From: Mobula hypostoma
Lineage: Eukaryota
NCBI RefSeq assembly: GCF_963921235.1
Contig: NC_086097.1
Span: 89,406,001 to 89,470,000 of the forward strand
DNA length: 64,000 nt
Reading direction: 5' to 3'
Shown here: positions 60,200-64,000 of the stretch, piece by piece
How positions within the stretch are numbered: the first letter of the stretch is position 1
Layout of the letters: the number at the start of each line of letters is the position of its first letter
Notes under the pieces: generated by a model
Databases searched by the model: none
What the model saw: only the letters and a program-made list of their open reading frames with translations
What the model was told of the DNA's origin: nothing
Made by a program: the position numbers and the translations under genes

Positions 60200-62167
60200 G
60201 TAAGTGAGAGAGTCCAGTGCACTGTAACTCTACTTGCCGCGTTCCACAGGCGTGTCTGAAAACGCATCATTACTCCAGAATGACAAACTTAGCTGCATTC
60301 TTCACTTGTGAAGCTTGTCATCCCCCGTTCCCAAACTTTCCAACCAGCTGGTGTGGGATCTGAAAGGGGTAGGCTTCACAGCCAAATCACCAGTTGTACA
60401 AGTTGCACAAATGAGAATGTTCACTCTCGAAACCAGTTGTGGAAGTTACGGCCAACTCATTAGAAAATTTGATCACTTGTCGACAAAATCTTAGTTTTCT
60501 ATCAATCCCTGGCCTGGATGAATTGTTGGATTTCGGTCGTGGTATAGAAAAAGAAAGAGCAATATCATTCACCACGATGTTGAACAGTGCCTGCATGGGA
60601 TTGGCCTAATATTAATTTTTTGCCCTCCCTCACAGAGGAAGCAATTTCTTTCTTTATATAAACCTTTGATTAGCACAGCACCCTTAATCTTCTGCAGTGA
60701 AAAGAGAACACCCCTTTTCTACGGAACTTGCCCTCCTAATCTGCTCCTCTTAGCCTTGAATACTTTTGATGTCTCTGAGCTGCTTGCCTCCACTGATCCC
60801 AGCCCTTCCCACCACACACCAATTCTCCAAGGTTGGATAAACATCAAATGATATATGAAGCAGAAAATGCTACTTTTACTCAGCAAGTCAGGTAGCATCT
60901 GTGGAGAGAGATGGTGTGAATGTTTGAAATGGATGTCTTTCATTAGAACTCCGACAAGGGCATGAGTTGCAACTGTCTATCACATGGGTTGGCCTTGCTC
61001 CTTTTCCAGTAGGAAAGACTTCTGTTTGTATAGCATCTGTCAGGGGTGCTTCAAACTAAGGAAGAACCACTGAAGTGTAATCATTCAGAATATAGCAGCC
61101 AATTTGAGTACATCAGGGTGCCAAGGTGATAAATGACCAGACAATATTTTATCAAAAGGTGCCTGCTGGTGGGTTAGTATTGCTGTGCACCTTGGAGAAC
61201 TTCCTTAGCTTTCAATGTGTTGATATTGGATCATCCTCACAGGGCAGACAGTGATCTGGTCTATCCAAAAGTTTAACGTCTTAGCCAAGGAGCAGTGTCA
61301 CAATAGTAAAACAATCTTTTAGTGTTACACTGAAGAGGCAGCTTGGATTACACACTTATATCCTTCCAGAGAAATTTGAACCCAAAATTTTCTAGTGGGA
61401 GACACTAAGCCATTAGTTTAAGCATCTCTGCTCCAGTTTTTCTGTCCGATGTTCCTGCATCTTCTATTTTAATTTTGAGTTAACAAGCTAGTGAGCTTCA
61501 GTGAAAGGTCCGTTATCAAAGATCCTCCTGGTCCGTATTCTCTAACTGGTCTTTGGGTAGTAGCCTTCATTGGCTGTCTGGCTCAGGGCTTGGCGTTGTT
61601 GTCTCTGAGTCAGAAAGTTATAAGCTCAGGTTTAAAGACCCAAGCACATGTTCACGATGATACTACAGTGCTTATGTAGCGTGGCACTGGGAGACGTTCC
61701 ACCTCCAGAGTGAGATGTTACACCAACTTCCTCTCAGGCGGACGTAAAAAGAACCACTATCTTGTTTCACAACCACAACCAAGTTCTCGCTGGTGCTTTG
61801 GCCAATACTTATTTTTTTGGTAAACATCAGCTGAAAACTTCTGATTCGGTTTGTGGGCTTTGCCGTTTGCAAATTTCCTGTGAACAAGTTTCTAAATGTG
61901 ACCCATAAAGCACTTCTTGGCAACTAGTTGTTTACCCCCACACCTCACCACCATTACAAGGCACCAAGTGGGCTGCCTAGCTGACAAGGTAGTGGTTCCT
62001 CACAAATTGGACCTTGAGTCTGCTGCTGTCCCTTCGCTTCTCAAATTTCAGTCACAATTAAATTTAACTTATGATTATCTAAGCTGTGATGTCTAACCTC
62101 CTCTCTCCCTCTTTCCATTTCCCCACACTTCTTTTGTTCCTCGTGGTGATCTCTCCTTGAACTCCAG

Positions 62168-62178
62168 TTTCTCTAAAG
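62168..62178 (+). CDS. PLEKHG3: probable 11-nt PLEKHG3 microexon: (V)SLK
   Basis: CTAAC branch-point-like motif at 62093-62097, about 70 nt AG-free pyrimidine tract, then ctccag|TTTCTCTAAAG|gtaaga; phase 1 to 0, open. Confidence 0.62.
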
Positions 62179-62989
62179 GTAAGAGCAGCGCTTTCTTTTC
62201 CTTTCAGCAAGTTGCTATTGTTACTTTTTACTTAACTTAAACGTCGGTGCTGATTAGTCACTCGTGTAATAATTGAAGCCTTCAGTGTTAGTCTTGTGTA
62301 GGAGTTGACTGGTTCGCGGGCCCCTGAGCTGCCCTCCATGTATCAGGCCAAGATGGGGAGTGGTGGGGTGTCTTGGAGAGAAGGGGCTGTTTGACTCTGC
62401 AATGTGTCATGTGTCTTCATGTATGCATAGACCTTATGTGAATGTTCATTTACCCCTCCACCTCAAGTGGGGGTGCTGAAGAGAACTCCAGTAGCTACAC
62501 TGCTCTCCGACTCTGCGATCATGCGATCTCTGACTTTTATGAGCTTCGAGCATGGAGTTAGTAACAACCTGTACTGCAATATCTTGCTGTTGGAACCAAG
62601 GAGTTTAGTCCGAAACAACATCTGAGACAAATTGAGACATCTGGGAAAACTCTCCTTACATATTGATCTGTAGCCTCCCTTGGATTTTTCCTCTTTTCCA
62701 CCCACCCCCATACTTCCTCTTACAAGGGGAATCGGGTTCTCTGACTTGTTGACTTTCAGAGAATAGGTTGCAACTTGGCTCTAAATCTGTACTCTTTTTG
62801 CTCTGTTTACACTAGTGAGAGCTCCATCTTGCTGACTGACCAAAGCAGTGCTTTCCTTTTCAGATGACAGCCCCCTTCTTCATTTGGAATTCATGACATA
62901 AATAAGGTTGTGATGAACAATTTATTTAGTGCACTCATCTGACCTGGCATTGTGATCACGTTGACCAAACTGGTGCCAAATTACTTTAG

Positions 62990-63378
62990 GACCATAAGGC
63001 GTAGGAGCAGAATTAGGCCATTCGGCCTATCAAGTCTGCTCTGTCATTTCATCATGGCTGAACCATTTCCCCCTCAACCCCATTCTTCTGCCTTCTCCTC
63101 ATAACCGTTCATGCCATAACTAATCAAGAACTTGTCACCTCCACTTTAAATACACCCAATGAGCTGGCCTCCACAGCTGTCTGTGGTCATGAGCTCAACA
63201 GATTGGCCACCCTCTGGCTTTAAAAAAAAAATCTTCCCTGTATCTGTTCTAAATGCACATCCGTCTAACCTGAGGCTGTGCCCCTTTAGTCCTAGACATC
63301 CCCACTGTAGGAAACATCCTCTCCACGTCCGCTCCATCTAGCTTTTGAACATTCGATAAGTTTCAATGATATCCCCTC
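62990..63378 (-). mobile_element. CR1 LINE 3' fragment
   Basis: gaccataaggcgtaggagcagaattaggccattcggcc tail and decayed ORF2 end. Confidence 0.8.
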
Positions 63379-64000
63379 TTCCCCCATTCTCCCCCTGCCC
63401 CACCATGGATCCGGACGAGCAATATGACTGTTGTCTAGGCTGCCCTGCTCACTGCACTTGTGATCTCGCTCCCCAGCTCCTGACACCAGATGGCTATCCT
63501 TGCCTAAGCTGACAAATGTGAGTGAGGTTGGTGTTTCACAGTACTGTAGTAGGAGCCTCCTTGCTGGCCGAATGAATGGTTGATTATTGTGCCCATGTAT
63601 CTAAACATTCGGGTGTTTGATAGCATCTTGTGTTATTCTTGCTATATATCCCTTGGTTCCTTCAGGCACAGGGTAAGAACATGAGAGCAGTGGCTGGGTA
63701 TCTCTCTGTCCGTTATCAGGCACTCACAAACCTAACCTCATCCTCTGGGGCCTACATGTGTTGGGCCCCATGAAAATCCTAAGCGGATGGGACCAAAAGT
63801 ACTCTAGGATGGTGTTGGTATTAGGCCAGAGGCATCAGTGGCCAATCTAATGGTTAGCATTGTCGTGGAAATGAGACTGAACATTAGAGTCAGATGAATA
63901 TATTCTAAAAATGAGAAATAATAATTGAAGATTAGATCTTTAATGTATTCAGGAAGGTTTATGGGTCATCCTCGGTGCTTTGGAGAACATTAATAGTATA

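Larger units (their letters stand above)
34449..62178 (+). other. PLEKHG3: PLEKHG3 gene, partial (DH and PH domain exons); upstream and downstream exons lie outside the window
   Basis: Spliced product (1044 nt incl. microexon, open): [85 protein letters not shown]...[30 protein letters not shown]...[19 protein letters not shown]...[17 protein letters not shown]...CSALMLIESTRDSLCF...[54 protein letters not shown]...GRRQSEP. From recall, [33 protein letters not shown] and SPERLKK fit PLEKHG3 rather than PLEKHG1/2. Confidence 0.9.

Noticed and set aside
62864..62905. Acceptor-like ctttccttttcag downstream of the microexon
   Set aside because: Stops within about 13 codons in phase 0 and phase 1, no clear donor or poly(A) signal, no similarity to PLEKHG3.
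63666..63672. ttcag|GCACAGG|gtaaga, possible 7-nt microexon
   Set aside because: Weaker pyrimidine tract and no homology support; likely chance.

Overview
This is vertebrate genomic DNA, not prokaryotic. The repeat content points to a cartilaginous fish, probably a ray (inference). The whole window lies inside one + strand gene, PLEKHG3 (Rho-family GEF, DH-PH). Eleven GT-AG exons between 34449 and 60199 splice with consistent phases into an open frame covering most of the DH domain, the PH domain and the following GRRQSEP region. A probable 11-nt microexon follows at 62168-62178. I did not find the exon carrying the start codon and DH N-terminus, so it probably lies upstream and 1-34448 is intronic. 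The introns are packed with often nested mobile DNA: CR1 LINEs (one near-intact ORF2 at 165-3002), Rex1/Babar-type, L2/Crack-type and L1-type LINE fragments, tRNA-derived SINEs, and Tc1, Tigger/pogo, hAT and Harbinger-type DNA transposons or MITEs. The signal the ORF track does not explain is a dispersed family of short Penelope-like element ends carrying a minimal type-I hammerhead ribozyme motif (stem I-CUGAnGA-stem II-GAAA-palindromic helix III-NUH). Several are fold-back pairs with 9-14 bp target-site duplications. Hammerheads in Penelope-like elements are known in general; whether this family is annotated or active cannot be judged from sequence alone. Other notable structures are a chimeric hAT MITE carrying pieces of other transposon families, a compound Tc1 mini-MITE present twice, and a 5'-inverted L1 that places a sense AATAAA just after the DH-PH exons. 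No CRISPR array, rRNA or bona fide tRNA gene was seen.
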